Shown: positions 28,302 through 38,662 of the stretch, piece after piece | How positions within the stretch are numbered: the first letter of the stretch is position 1 | Layout of the letters: each line of letters opens with the position of its first letter | IMG/VR virus record: IMGVR_UViG_3300050142_000050 | Coordinates: 32,001 to 96,000 of that record | Source: a virus | Lineage: Duplodnaviria > Caudoviricetes | Length of the DNA stretch: 64,000 bases | Direction: 5' to 3' (one strand) | Notes under the pieces: generated by a model | Seen by the model: only the letters and a program-made list of their open reading frames with translations | The model's database searches: none | Told to the model about the DNA's origin: nothing | Position numbers and translations under genes: made by a program

Positions 28302-30326
28302 ATGGTAGAAGTCTATAACCCTTCGCGCGTGTTGTCAGAAGACTGGCGTACTATGTGCGTCGAACGCCGATTTGAGCCAGTGGCTCTAGAGACCCTCGAA
28401 GGTCCCATCGAGATGAACTATGCTTATCTCTTGGTGAACCTGATGATCAACATGCCGATCATCGAACGGGGATTTCCCATCCCGGGTATGAAGACGGTTT
28501 TCCCCATGAGGACAATCTATGGGAACAAAGTCCAAGCCGGACTCCTCGAGAACGTAGTCCAGTATCTCGAGTCCCATGGATATGTCCGTGACAATCTCGG
28601 ACGATCCGTCATGAGTGTGGCTCAGGCCAGCCACAACATCTATTATTCGCACTTGGCTGGCTATGCGATCCCTCTCGACATCTTCTCGATCGCGAAGACG
28701 TTCCTCCAACCTGAAGTCGAGGCTCTCCTTGATCCTGGGTATGGGGATAAGTCTGATCAGGATATCCATCGGATGTCCGAGCAGTTCCGCAACAACTGTA
28801 AGAGGTTGACTGATCTGCTCAAGTCGTCGAGCCTTCCCTTCAACGCGCTGCGGTCTCCTTTGATCACTGGGTCGCTGAAGGAACAGCAGTTCTGGCAATT
28901 CGCTATGTCGGTGGGACCTCGTTCCGACTCTGACGAGCGAATCTTCCTGGAGCCGGTGGATGGTGCATTCCTTACAGGTATGAAGGACATTATCGACTTT
29001 GCTCTGGAAAGTCGTGCTGCTGCTAAGGCTAAGTATTACAGTTATCAGTTCATGCCCCAGGCGGCATATACCTCACGTAAGAACCACATCCAGACTTCGG
29101 TGTTCAGGTATCTGTACCGAGGCGACTGTGGCTCTAAGGTATTCCTTGAGTATCACCCGACCAAGGAGACCTTCGATTATCACCTAGGACGGTTCTACAA
29201 GACCGACGATGGTGGTCTGCGTGAGATTACCACCGATAACAAGCATGAGGTCCTCAACAAGGATATCCTCCTACGAGATCCTCATGGATGTCGCTATGTG
29301 GATGGTGTCTGTGAGGTCTGCATGGGGACCATCAGTAAGCACTTCCCGACCGATGGTAACATCGGTTTCATCGCTAACTCGAAGACTACGTCTCCGATGG
29401 CTCAGGCGGTGTTGTCGGCAAAGCACTTGGCGATGCCGATCGTGATGCTCTATTCCATCCCGCCCAAGTTGGTTGATATCTTCTACTCCAACAAGAACAA
29501 TGACATCTACTTCCACGACCGCATCAAGTCTGTGGCTAAGAATCGAGCCATCGGTTTCGATGTCAAGGATGTCAAGAAGATCGATGACCTCCAGCACACT
29601 ACGAGTGATGATCTCAAGTCCTCGTATTATTCGAAGATCATGCGTCTGACATACGCAGAGATCGACGATCGTGATACCATCGGGAGGATCATCGTCAAGT
29701 CGAACATGGAGTCCGAGGTGGGTAAAGCCTATCCTCATCTCGCGACTGAAGTGCTCAACATCATCCGTAAGGATCCTAGCGTCCTTATCAGGCAGGGGAA
29801 TACTATCTGGCTCCGGCTGGACAAGATCGACCTCGACAAGCCCGTGATGCAGTGCACTGTCATGAATGACTCGATTCGTTTCTATGTGGCTGACTTCCGA
29901 GAGTTCGTCACGACACGCGTCGAGCGTTATACTTCGGCTAACTTGGCACTGCGGGATCTGTGCAAGATCATCTGGGGACGTGTGGGTGCACACTCCAGTC
30001 TGATCTCTATCCTCCTGCGGTCATGCTTGGTGACGAGTGCCACCGACTATTCCATCCCAGCGATCAAAGATCCTGATGATGTGATGTATGCTCGTCAATC
30101 CAAGATCATACCTATGCGGAGTGTGGCTAATTACTTCGCATTCCAGGGCTATGCCCAGAGTCGGTGCAAAACAGGGATGTTCATCATTCCTAAGCGCCGT
30201 GGTCAGTTCGATGAAATGATGGGTTATACAGACACCATCGCCCGTGATGCTAATTGGCCACCCTATTCGGATGTTCTCCATGAGATCCCGATGGGCACCA
30301 ATGAGACGATCGGTTTCTACCACTGA
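28302..30326 (+). CDS. Non-virion RNA polymerase beta-prime C-terminal subunit (phiKZ gp74-like)
   Basis: GDCGS, LLRDPHGC...GVCEVCMG Zn-site, AQAVLSAKH motifs; directly after the gp71-73-like gene. Confidence 0.85.
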   Translation: MVEVYNPSRVLSEDWRTMCVERRFEPVALETLEGPIEMNYAYLLVNLMINMPIIERGFPIPGMKTVFPMRTIYGNKVQAGLLENVVQYLESHGYVRDNLGRSVMSVAQASHNIYYSHLAGYAIPLDIFSIAKTFLQPEVEALLDPGYGDKSDQDIHRMSEQFRNNCKRLTDLLKSSSLPFNALRSPLITGSLKEQQFWQFAMSVGPRSDSDERIFLEPVDGAFLTGMKDIIDFALESRAAAKAKYYSYQFMPQAAYTSRKNHIQTSVFRYLYRGDCGSKVFLEYHPTKETFDYHLGRFYKTDDGGLREITTDNKHEVLNKDILLRDPHGCRYVDGVCEVCMGTISKHFPTDGNIGFIANSKTTSPMAQAVLSAKHLAMPIVMLYSIPPKLVDIFYSNKNNDIYFHDRIKSVAKNRAIGFDVKDVKKIDDLQHTTSDDLKSSYYSKIMRLTYAEIDDRDTIGRIIVKSNMESEVGKAYPHLATEVLNIIRKDPSVLIRQGNTIWLRLDKIDLDKPVMQCTVMNDSIRFYVADFREFVTTRVERYTSANLALRDLCKIIWGRVGAHSSLISILLRSCLVTSATDYSIPAIKDPDDVMYARQSKIIPMRSVANYFAFQGYAQSRCKTGMFIIPKRRGQFDEMMGYTDTIARDANWPPYSDVLHEIPMGTNETIGFYH

Positions 30327-30339
30327 CCGAGTGATAACG

Positions 30340-30365
30340 AGCTCCCCACCACGTGGTGGGGAGCT
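30340..30365. terminator. 26-bp perfect palindrome hairpin
   Basis: AGCTCCCCACCACGTGGTGGGGAGCT. Confidence 0.55.
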
Positions 30366-30388
30366 ACAGTTTATAGAGGTACGTTTCG

Positions 30389-31885
30389 ATGGGCACTATC
30401 AACATCTATACGACGACGCTTGGGTTCCGTGTGGGTGTGGAGCCCGATGGGACCTTGAGTAACACCAACACCTACATCTCTGAGTATGCTAGGGCATTGC
30501 AGCAGTGGGACTTCGATTCCAAATCCCGTCGGTATGAGAAGGTGGAAGATTTCTACCACTACGACGAGACCACGAAGACTGCGTATTTCCCCAGGTACGA
30601 TCTCGAGCGATTTATTTCCTTCATCTGTTATTACGGACATAAGGAAAACATCATCCCAGTGGCACCTGTCAAAGGTGATCCAGCGAAATTCTACATGTTG
30701 CCGCATATCACGTATAAAGACGAACTCCAGAAAGAAGCTGTCGAGTTTATCACGGACGAGAAGAATGGTCCGGTACGTGCATTGGCAATTCAAACAGGCA
30801 GAGGTAAGACCACGGCCACAGTGATGGCGATGTCACACCTAGGTGTGCGTACCATGGTGACTATGACTACGCGCCTGGAGCAGTGGGTACCTGCTATCAA
30901 GCAGTATGCAGCGGTAGACGATGGAGAGATTTACACCATCAAAGGTGAACCATCTCTCACCAAGATCATCCGCATGGCTGAACGTAAGGATAAGCTCCCC
31001 AAGATCATCCTAGCATCGGCTCAGACTCTCAAGAACTACATGAAGTATAAGGAAGGTTATCGACACCTACCTAATCCTTCTACCTTCTGCGAGTTGCTGG
31101 GTATCGGCATCATCGCCGATGACGAATATCACGAGCACTTCCACACCAATTTCATGATGGGATTGCTGTTTAATGCAGCTGTCTATATCCCAGTATCTGC
31201 CACACTGGTGGTGAACCACAAGTTCATCCGTGGTATCTTTGACAAAGTTGTACCTCAAAAGGTAAGGTTTGGCGGAGAGTACGCCAAATACGTCAAGGTG
31301 TTGGAGTGTTCGATGGAGTTTGGCGGTCACCTGGTCAAACCTCATCACTACAAGCAACGAGGTGCGTATAGCCAATCGAAGTTTGAGGAATTCCTCTTAT
31401 CTGAGAAAGGCGCACCTCTCATGGAAATGTACTGGAGGAAGGCTATCCTACCTCTAGTCACAGAGCAGTACATCGAACTAGCAGAAGAAGGAGAAAAGCT
31501 ACTTATCATCGCGAATACTCGTGCCATGTGCGAAGAGCTACAGGTACGACTGAAGAGAATCACAAATCGTTCTATCGGTATCTTCGTATCGGGTGTCTCT
31601 ACGACAGTGCTCGATAAGTCGGATATCATCCTGTCTACCCCGGGTAGTGCAGGAACTGGTCGGGACGTGGCTATGCTGCGCTCATGCATCGTACTGGAAA
31701 ATACAGCTAGTGAGGCTCGTATTATTCAGTTCTTAGGTCGACTGCGTATGATGAAGTCTGGTAATATCCCAGTCTTTGTCACATGCTACTTCTCATGTAT
31801 CCCTCAACATCAGAGGTATGCAACAATCCGCTCAATGCTCTATGCAGAAAGAGCAAAGGAGTTAATCTATCGGAGATTATCATGA
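30389..31885 (+). CDS. SF2 (DExH, UvsW-like) helicase, phiKZ gp75-like
   Basis: Walker A QTGRGKT, DEYH, SAT, and QFLGRLR motif VI. Confidence 0.85.
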   Translation: MGTINIYTTTLGFRVGVEPDGTLSNTNTYISEYARALQQWDFDSKSRRYEKVEDFYHYDETTKTAYFPRYDLERFISFICYYGHKENIIPVAPVKGDPAKFYMLPHITYKDELQKEAVEFITDEKNGPVRALAIQTGRGKTTATVMAMSHLGVRTMVTMTTRLEQWVPAIKQYAAVDDGEIYTIKGEPSLTKIIRMAERKDKLPKIILASAQTLKNYMKYKEGYRHLPNPSTFCELLGIGIIADDEYHEHFHTNFMMGLLFNAAVYIPVSATLVVNHKFIRGIFDKVVPQKVRFGGEYAKYVKVLECSMEFGGHLVKPHHYKQRGAYSQSKFEEFLLSEKGAPLMEMYWRKAILPLVTEQYIELAEEGEKLLIIANTRAMCEELQVRLKRITNRSIGIFVSGVSTTVLDKSDIILSTPGSAGTGRDVAMLRSCIVLENTASEARIIQFLGRLRMMKSGNIPVFVTCYFSCIPQHQRYATIRSMLYAERAKELIYRRLS

Positions 31886-32562
31886 TTCCTCAATTCACAC
31901 AGACGAATGCGTTCCGCGTCAATGAATGGGCCCCTAATGGCGATGTCGCCCGGGTCCTTTCGGAGACACAATTTGACGGCTTTGGTGGGCTCGAGATCAA
32001 TGAGCCCACCGCCATCATTTTCGACATCAACAATCTCTATCATCGGTCGCGAGCCAAAGGCTTCCGTATCGATTACAACAAGCTCCTTAAGGAGTTTTCT
32101 CGCCGGTGCGATCTTCGGGTCGCTAAAGCCATGATGGCTATTGACACGTCAGAGCCCAGTGCTATGCGCTGGCTCGAGTTCATGAACAATGCTGGGTATG
32201 AAGTCCACCACAAACCCATTAAGCGGTTCAAACAGCGTGACTCTGAGCGTCAGGAAGTAAGTGGTAACATGGACGTGGAGATCGCTATGGAAGCTTATCA
32301 GCTCCCTCGCGTGATCCGTCACGTCATCATTGCGTCTTGTGACGATGACTTCCTGCGGGTGGTCAACGACATCAAGCGCAAACAGGGTAAGAAAGTATCC
32401 GTTATGGGGGTCGGTAGTGGTAGCTGTGCTGGTATGTCGCGCAAACTTATCAAATCAGCAGATTACTACTACGACCTCGATCGTCTCAAGCCTTTGATTG
32501 GTGGGGTGCAACGTGCTAAGACAGGTGGTAACGACTGTCATGAGGGTAATCACAACTCATGA
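31882..32562 (+). CDS. NYN/LabA-DUF88 (PIN-like) domain protein, putative RNase
   Basis: IFDINNL, MDVEIAME, ASCDDDF, KKVSVMG, SRKLIKSADYYYDL; ATGA overlap with the helicase stop. Confidence 0.75.
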   Translation: MIPQFTQTNAFRVNEWAPNGDVARVLSETQFDGFGGLEINEPTAIIFDINNLYHRSRAKGFRIDYNKLLKEFSRRCDLRVAKAMMAIDTSEPSAMRWLEFMNNAGYEVHHKPIKRFKQRDSERQEVSGNMDVEIAMEAYQLPRVIRHVIIASCDDDFLRVVNDIKRKQGKKVSVMGVGSGSCAGMSRKLIKSADYYYDLDRLKPLIGGVQRAKTGGNDCHEGNHNS

Positions 32563-33595
32563 CATCTATGGTCGTAAACAGATCATCGTAAAGACTCAAC
32601 TCGACGATGACTTTCGTGAACAAACCTACGTGATGTTTCAAAGCGTGGGCAATCCGCTCAATGACTTATGGCTGGCTACTGTAGAACCAGGGGATCAAGT
32701 GGCCGTTACCGATGTCATGTCGGGTGCTTGTTTCACGAGCGACTATACACCGGTCGACGGTAAGTACACCTCCATCATCACGCCCTCTTACGGACGTCCG
32801 AATGTCTGCTCATGCGGTACGCCCTTATTGGGAAGTGGTGATGGAGTATATTGCACAAATACCTACTGTCCACTCACTATGGCAGCTAGGATCTCAAAAC
32901 TCTCGTGTTGTGAACTAGTACCAAGGGACTTCATCAATATTGAGGAACCTCCTTTACGGTTTCAGTCCGGTTCATCCGAAGCCGCTTACTGGACTCGGGT
33001 AGCTCACCTCAGGCGTCCATTTCACCGACTGACCACTCCAACTTTCTGGGGTAGGAGCGGTGATCATCATGTCGACATAGCCGAAGTGATCACCCGAATC
33101 GGTAGCCAGGTTAACCTGGCTACCTTCTTCTGCGAATATCTGGCTCAGACGTTTTGCGACCACTATGGAAGCAATATCAATCCGGTGTTTGTAAATGCGG
33201 CCTACGGAGAGATCGGTCAATATCTCTCGTTGGTCAAGGATTACTCATTCAGACAAACAGATCGGACCCCAGCCGACTGTGAGATGATGATGAGTCTCCT
33301 CGATTCGTTATCCATTCGTTTCTTAGGCTTAGATAACATACAAAGACTAGTGGACTATGAGAGACGGAACTTCTACGGGTTGGATAGGTTCTGCACGTAT
33401 GCAGATATCTTGACGAGCGAAAAGTCTCTTATCGAAGTATGCGGTGCTCATCCGATCACTGCTAGATCGATACTCAGGTCCATCAAGATGAGACAGAATG
33501 AAATCTTCTCCATCTTCGCAGAATTCGGTGAGGTGGATTACATCGCCACATCGTTTGATAGACTCAACAGAGTGAACGCATATGCGATAGGGTAG
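32540..33595 (+). CDS. Protein resembling the OB-fold/Zn-finger half of NAD-dependent DNA ligase; no adenylation domain
   Basis: RPNVCSCGTPLL....YCTNTYCP is a LigA-type C4 zinc finger; no KxDG motif in the ORF. Confidence 0.5.
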   Translation: MRVITTHDIYGRKQIIVKTQLDDDFREQTYVMFQSVGNPLNDLWLATVEPGDQVAVTDVMSGACFTSDYTPVDGKYTSIITPSYGRPNVCSCGTPLLGSGDGVYCTNTYCPLTMAARISKLSCCELVPRDFINIEEPPLRFQSGSSEAAYWTRVAHLRRPFHRLTTPTFWGRSGDHHVDIAEVITRIGSQVNLATFFCEYLAQTFCDHYGSNINPVFVNAAYGEIGQYLSLVKDYSFRQTDRTPADCEMMMSLLDSLSIRFLGLDNIQRLVDYERRNFYGLDRFCTYADILTSEKSLIEVCGAHPITARSILRSIKMRQNEIFSIFAEFGEVDYIATSFDRLNRVNAYAIG

Positions 33596-33632
33596 GGGGC
33601 TTGCGCCCCCTACCCGTCTCGTTTATTTTTTT
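33590..33632. terminator. Bidirectional hairpin plus spaced TTTATTTTTTT
   Basis: GGGTAGGGGGC-TTGC-GCCCCCTACCC between convergent genes. Confidence 0.7.
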
Positions 33633-33829
33633 CTCAGTCTTCCGTCGGAAGTCACCTTGAAGGAGAGAGGGGCCAGAAGGAAAGCCTTCGAGTCCGACTC
33701 TTTGGTAGCCTTAGGAAGATCCACGAATTTCCACGCAGGATCACCCAGATGACGAGCTTCAAACTCCGCGAACGTACCGACATTGTAGCCGAGTACTTCC
33801 GACTGACTGTTCACCTTAACGTGGAGCAT
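33623..33829 (-). CDS. Small hypothetical protein (68 aa)
   Basis: Follows the 654-aa gene by 5 nt on the same strand; ends at the terminator. Confidence 0.5.
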   Translation of the reverse strand: MLHVKVNSQSEVLGYNVGTFAEFEARHLGDPAWKFVDLPKATKESDSKAFLLAPLSFKVTSDGRLRKK

Positions 33830-33834
33830 GATCG

Positions 33835-35799
33835 TTACACCTTGAGTCGAATGATACGGATGTTGTCCGTCAGAACATTGGCGATACTCTGAAGGGACAG
33901 TGAGACAGTGATATTGCGAGCATTGAGCTGGTTCTCAAGGTCCGTCAAGAGACTCGCGAGATTGACGACGGAGTCACCGACATTGAGAGAGATTGTGACT
34001 GCTCCCAATTCCGAACGCATCAGACGTGCCGAGATAGGTACGTCTCCCATGCTGGAAGTGGCCATAGTGATACGGCCAGTGCGCGTGGAATTGTCAGACC
34101 CATTGAGCGGGATCGACACATCATAGATGAGCGAGCCATCATCTGTCGTCAGAGTCAGGACCACTTCCTTCACCGAATCGATGTTGAAGTAGTTCGGAAT
34201 CTTGGACGGGAACTGTGATGCCGTCGAATTGGTCGTCTTGATATCCGACAGGTTCACACCTGCACCGTGATAGAGGAGGTATCCGCCATCGAGTACCGGG
34301 GTGTAGGGATACGACTTGGAATTGACATTCGCTGTCGACCAAACCGACGACCCATCGGGGAGGGCGATCGCATTATCACTGGGAGTACCCGTGGTAGCGG
34401 TATCCGTGATCCAGCAGGATTCGACCGAGGAGAGGTCCTCGACTTCCATATGGCTGGTGAGCATACCGATGGGTACACCAACTTGCAAGAATGCCCCAGA
34501 GAAGGTCGAGCCCACCTGATTGGTGATCACACGGAACATCGGGTAGACAGCCGCTGCTGCCGACACATCCGTGAGGCCGGTATAGAGAGGATCGACGATC
34601 AGACTCTCGGTGCGGAACGAAACTGGTTTACGTGTGGAGTTCCAATCCACATCGACCACGATCGAGACTGTGACCTTGAGCTCGGTGAAGCGTACTCGTA
34701 CGCGGTATTGATCGGTCAGGACGATATCGTCCGAGCCGGACACCTTATAGAGCCTTGCCAGGTTATACCAGTGGAAGCCGGCATCAGGCGCAGTGACCGT
34801 GCGTTTTGCGACAGTACCACCGGTCGCGTCCTGATAGGTCGGAGACCCAGAAAGTAGAGCGCGCATTTGATTCTCCAGTTCAGCCTGACGGGCGGCCAGG
34901 TGCTGATAAGCAGTTGTCGAAGGGATGGATGAAGCAGTCACGAAGTTGTTGCCTGCCAGGAAGACACGCATAGCTTCGATCTTCTCGTAGAGATTGCGCA
35001 CATCCTTCTGGGATACACTCCCACCTACCGCATGATAGTCGACATTGACACTACCTTCGATTTCCTTGTTGATCACCAGGAAACGGTAGATACCGCTCGT
35101 GTTCGAAGTATGTGCAGTCAGAGCGGAGAAGCCGCCTACTGTGAAATCCACATCTCGAATCAGAGCCACATTGTTGTAGCGGACCACCGTGGAGTCACGG
35201 AAGAATTCCCCATTGACTGGGATGATGATCCGCTTACCAGATGCGGTGCTGATATCGTGGACTTCATTGGTGATCAGGTTGGCACTACGCTCCTTCTGGA
35301 TATCCTCGAGGAGAAGTGTGGGTGCTGCTGTCGTATCGCTCAGGGTAGAACCTGAGGCCGACACCTGATTGCTCAGACCGGCCAATGTCGAGAGGATGTA
35401 GCCCAGGGTATCGGGATTGAGCTCTACAGGGGAACCATCACCGGATACCAGACCAGGAGATGTCATCTTCCATTCCTGGAAGGACATGATCACCTTCTGG
35501 TTCAGGTAACGAGTACCGATGAACTTGATCGACTTGATCAGATCCCGATCGAAATCGGGATTAGCCAACTTAGCCTGACCGATGTAGTGAGACGAGAGAT
35601 CATCTCCTTCATAAGTCCAGTCGGTATCCTTGACCAGAGTGGTATCAGATCCATCGGCTAGTTTGACGACAAGCGTGTCGGCAAAGATAGGAGAATCCAC
35701 GAATTCAAAAACAGCCCCATTCTTGTAGACGAGGAATGCGACATTCTGTTTCTTGAACCGAGGATCCGCCCCGGTATAATCGGGGAGACTATAGCTCAT
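33835..35799 (-). CDS. Conserved phiKZ-like virion structural protein (654 aa)
   Basis: NLITNEVH...RIIIPVNGEFF...VNVDYHAVGG pattern recalled from phiKZ-like tail/baseplate proteins. Confidence 0.6.
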   Translation of the reverse strand: MSYSLPDYTGADPRFKKQNVAFLVYKNGAVFEFVDSPIFADTLVVKLADGSDTTLVKDTDWTYEGDDLSSHYIGQAKLANPDFDRDLIKSIKFIGTRYLNQKVIMSFQEWKMTSPGLVSGDGSPVELNPDTLGYILSTLAGLSNQVSASGSTLSDTTAAPTLLLEDIQKERSANLITNEVHDISTASGKRIIIPVNGEFFRDSTVVRYNNVALIRDVDFTVGGFSALTAHTSNTSGIYRFLVINKEIEGSVNVDYHAVGGSVSQKDVRNLYEKIEAMRVFLAGNNFVTASSIPSTTAYQHLAARQAELENQMRALLSGSPTYQDATGGTVAKRTVTAPDAGFHWYNLARLYKVSGSDDIVLTDQYRVRVRFTELKVTVSIVVDVDWNSTRKPVSFRTESLIVDPLYTGLTDVSAAAAVYPMFRVITNQVGSTFSGAFLQVGVPIGMLTSHMEVEDLSSVESCWITDTATTGTPSDNAIALPDGSSVWSTANVNSKSYPYTPVLDGGYLLYHGAGVNLSDIKTTNSTASQFPSKIPNYFNIDSVKEVVLTLTTDDGSLIYDVSIPLNGSDNSTRTGRITMATSSMGDVPISARLMRSELGAVTISLNVGDSVVNLASLLTDLENQLNARNITVSLSLQSIANVLTDNIRIIRLKV

Positions 35800-35827
35800 G
35801 GTAAATAATCCTCACTTCCTACACAGA

Positions 35828-36442
35828 CTACGAGGCACTCGAGGCGATAAGCTTTCGCTCATACTCCTGAATGAGGACGGCCTGTTGTTGGTTTATTCGG
35901 CGCAATTCTTCGATCTGTACCGACAGAGGTGCGAGCGCCACTTTGTTCGCATCTCGAGCCGCCTGGATCACCTCATACTCCGACTCAGTCAGATAGACCT
36001 TACGGGTCGAATCCGACAGTACCGACGGAGGTGTCGATATACCCAGCTGTGACTGGATTAGATCGGTAGCTTGTTGGACGACCGGGAGGACGACCTGTGT
36101 GTTGGAGAAGGCTCCCATCGGGAGTACCAACATGAGATCGTAATATTCACGGACCGTGGGGTCGGGCACTAGCCGGAAGAAGGATCCCGGCATGTGGAGC
36201 AGAACATCGCTGTTGGATACTGACTTGAGAAGATAGACCTGATCATTCTTGATCGAAGGATAGTCCACGTCAAAGTCAGAACTCGAGAGACCTGCTCGTG
36301 TATAGATCGAATCGACGAAATTCACCCCCGAAGCTACCGCCGTACCAAAGGTCATCGTCGCCATGACGGTATAAATACCATCCAACGACGAGAACCTAGT
36401 CACGAACGAGAACTTACAGGTAGAGCCATTGTCTGGGGTCAT
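35828..36442 (-). CDS. Conserved phiKZ-like virion structural protein (204 aa)
   Basis: MTP....F.F..RF...YTV...G......Y..AGL pattern; overlaps the upstream gene stop. Confidence 0.6.
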   Translation of the reverse strand: MTPDNGSTCKFSFVTRFSSLDGIYTVMATMTFGTAVASGVNFVDSIYTRAGLSSSDFDVDYPSIKNDQVYLLKSVSNSDVLLHMPGSFFRLVPDPTVREYYDLMLVLPMGAFSNTQVVLPVVQQATDLIQSQLGISTPPSVLSDSTRKVYLTESEYEVIQAARDANKVALAPLSVQIEELRRINQQQAVLIQEYERKLIASSAS

Positions 36443-37863
36443 GTAGCACTACCTTTCAGGCGGGTGTAGCAGTCCTTCGTGATCACGCAGAACTCATAGG
36501 CACCCACAACGAATCCGAAGAACTCAAAGAGGCTCTCAGTCGATTTCTGATAAGCCGACGAAGTCGTCTCAGCAAAGTCCAGAGCGAGAATCGCATTGAG
36601 ATGTGTGGAGAAGGCCTGAGTGTCAGCCAGCATATACTGGAAGTTGGCTTCCGTGGGCGAGAAAGCCTGATAGTCAGGGAACAGAGTCGCTGCCGACGAG
36701 ATTCCAGTGATGCCCGATAGTTCGGGTACGATTGTGGAAATCATGCGGTCGAAAGATACTGGCATGATCTCGATGTAGTCACCGACATTAGTCCAAGCCT
36801 TGGAAGCCATCACATCCTTGGTGTTATCGATCACCTTGGGTACATTGAGGATGTTCTGGAAGACTGTCTGACCAGGCTTGGTGAAAGTCTCATTCCACAT
36901 CGGGATGATGTAGAAGCGTCCTTCGATGAATAGACCGGGGATACGGAGACGCCATGCCGCTTCGGTCCCTACACCGCTTCCCAATACGGCTGCCTTAATA
37001 GTAGCGCGAGCTTCCACCATTCCAGGGACACGTCCCTTATAGAGGATCTGGAAAGGTACTGTCAACCGGTGCTGGGCACTATCGATTAGGACAACAGTGA
37101 ATTCAGCCGTACCCGTCGGTTGATCCAGAACGAAAGCAGCATTGGTGTTGTCATAGATCAGTCCACCACTCTGTCCAGCGACTGACAGAGCATTGCTGTT
37201 TTCAGCCAGGAGCGATCCTGAGAGCAAATTCTGATACGAGGTAGGCGGCACTACCTTGAGGACCGTCGTCGAGCTGTAGCCTGCCTTAAAAGCCGAAGAT
37301 TCGGTAAACAGGGTAATATCGAACTGACGAGTCGTCGAACCAGAAGGAAGAATGACCGAGAACCTGATGAAGTCAGGAATCGATACACTCATCGTAGTAT
37401 TCGACTGGAGGTATACCGTGTCCGTCACGATGCGGGTGGAGAGTTCCAGTGTACCTGGGACATAGATCGCATGCGTGTCAGTATCGGTATTGAGATAGGT
37501 CTCCACAGTTGATACAGGGATCGACGATGAATAGCGGAAAGCCGCACGGTCGATCAATTCGAAAAATTTGGATGCGATGTTCTGCGGGAGTGCATTGACT
37601 ACATCGATGAATGAACCGAATACTTCGCTGTCGATGACAACACTGGGTGCGGTATTCGGGGCCCAATTGACATCACGCGACGACGGTGAGCGTGTGTCGT
37701 CGATAGTCGTCGGTTGGTTGAAGAAGGAGAGTGTATTCTGGGTCAGAGTACCGATTGCGGTAGCATCACCCAGAAGGATGCCGTTGAAGGCTTTTCGTTT
37801 ATCAAGAAAGGCCTCGTCGAGGATAAAACCTTCGACTGCCGTACTGTTGGATGAGGTCGGCAT
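36439..37863 (-). CDS. Conserved phiKZ-like virion structural protein (474 aa)
   Basis: Long ORF in the same operon; FYIIPMWN motif. Confidence 0.6.
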   Translation of the reverse strand: MPTSSNSTAVEGFILDEAFLDKRKAFNGILLGDATAIGTLTQNTLSFFNQPTTIDDTRSPSSRDVNWAPNTAPSVVIDSEVFGSFIDVVNALPQNIASKFFELIDRAAFRYSSSIPVSTVETYLNTDTDTHAIYVPGTLELSTRIVTDTVYLQSNTTMSVSIPDFIRFSVILPSGSTTRQFDITLFTESSAFKAGYSSTTVLKVVPPTSYQNLLSGSLLAENSNALSVAGQSGGLIYDNTNAAFVLDQPTGTAEFTVVLIDSAQHRLTVPFQILYKGRVPGMVEARATIKAAVLGSGVGTEAAWRLRIPGLFIEGRFYIIPMWNETFTKPGQTVFQNILNVPKVIDNTKDVMASKAWTNVGDYIEIMPVSFDRMISTIVPELSGITGISSAATLFPDYQAFSPTEANFQYMLADTQAFSTHLNAILALDFAETTSSAYQKSTESLFEFFGFVVGAYEFCVITKDCYTRLKGSAT

Positions 37864-37960
37864 GTCACTATTCCCTATGCCTAGATACTGACACCCTGGC
37901 GGTGGTCAATATTATCACCGATGGGGGTGATACCTTATGAGTTATTCATGAGGTGAGAAA

Positions 37961-38617
37961 ATGAGTCAGGAGTATATTACCCTCCAGAAGCCGGGGGTAG
38001 GTATCATGAACGATCGAGATCTGATCGGGAATCCGGATATGATCCGTCCATTCCAGCGAGTACTGACCCGATGGGGTGATGGTGGGAAGAAGAAGATCTC
38101 ATATGGACTCTCCTCGATGGGATATGACGTCAGCATGGGGCGTGACTATAAGCTCTTCACCCCCGAAGGTTTCTTCGCTAAGTGGAGGCGTCGTTTGCGT
38201 CGTTGGGTTGGGCTTTCACCCAAGGACGGCGATGTGATCGATCCTCACAACCTATCCAATGACTATTTCGTAGAATACAAGGATGTCGACTATATCGACA
38301 TTCCTCCCGGAGGGTATCTCTTGGGTCACACCAAAGAAACCTTCGATATGCCGGATGATGTACTGGCAGTCTGTTTTGGTAAGTCCACATATGCACGTAT
38401 CGGTGCGGTCGTGAATGTGACACCAATCGAGCCAGGCTTCAAGGGTCAGGTGGTTATCGAGATCACCAATGGTACGGAACGTCCCATCCGTATCTATTCG
38501 GACGAGGGTGTATCTCAGTTCATCTTCCTGCGGGCGAACAGCCCATGTCTCACGACATATGCCTCACGTGGTGGGAAGTACCAGAATCAATCTGGTGTAC
38601 AAGGGGCACTCGTGTGA
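37961..38617 (+). CDS. dcd: dCTP deaminase
   Basis: SYGLSSMGYDV, GKSTYARIGAVVNVTPIEPGFKGQVVIEITN, YASRGGKYQNQSGV. Confidence 0.93.
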   Translation: MSQEYITLQKPGVGIMNDRDLIGNPDMIRPFQRVLTRWGDGGKKKISYGLSSMGYDVSMGRDYKLFTPEGFFAKWRRRLRRWVGLSPKDGDVIDPHNLSNDYFVEYKDVDYIDIPPGGYLLGHTKETFDMPDDVLAVCFGKSTYARIGAVVNVTPIEPGFKGQVVIEITNGTERPIRIYSDEGVSQFIFLRANSPCLTTYASRGGKYQNQSGVQGALV

Positions 38618-38624
38618 TATATAA

Positions 38625-38658
38625 CGATAGTGGGTGGGCACATGCCCACCCACTATCG
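38625..38658. terminator. 15-bp stem hairpin
   Basis: CGATAGTGGGTGGGC-ACAT-GCCCACCCACTATCG. Confidence 0.65.
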
Positions 38659-38662
38659 AGTA

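Noticed and set aside
7938-30326. Inteins in RNAP subunits or helicase
   Set aside because: No C/S...HN splice motifs or in-frame insertions seen; the interruptions contain stops and group I RNA elements.
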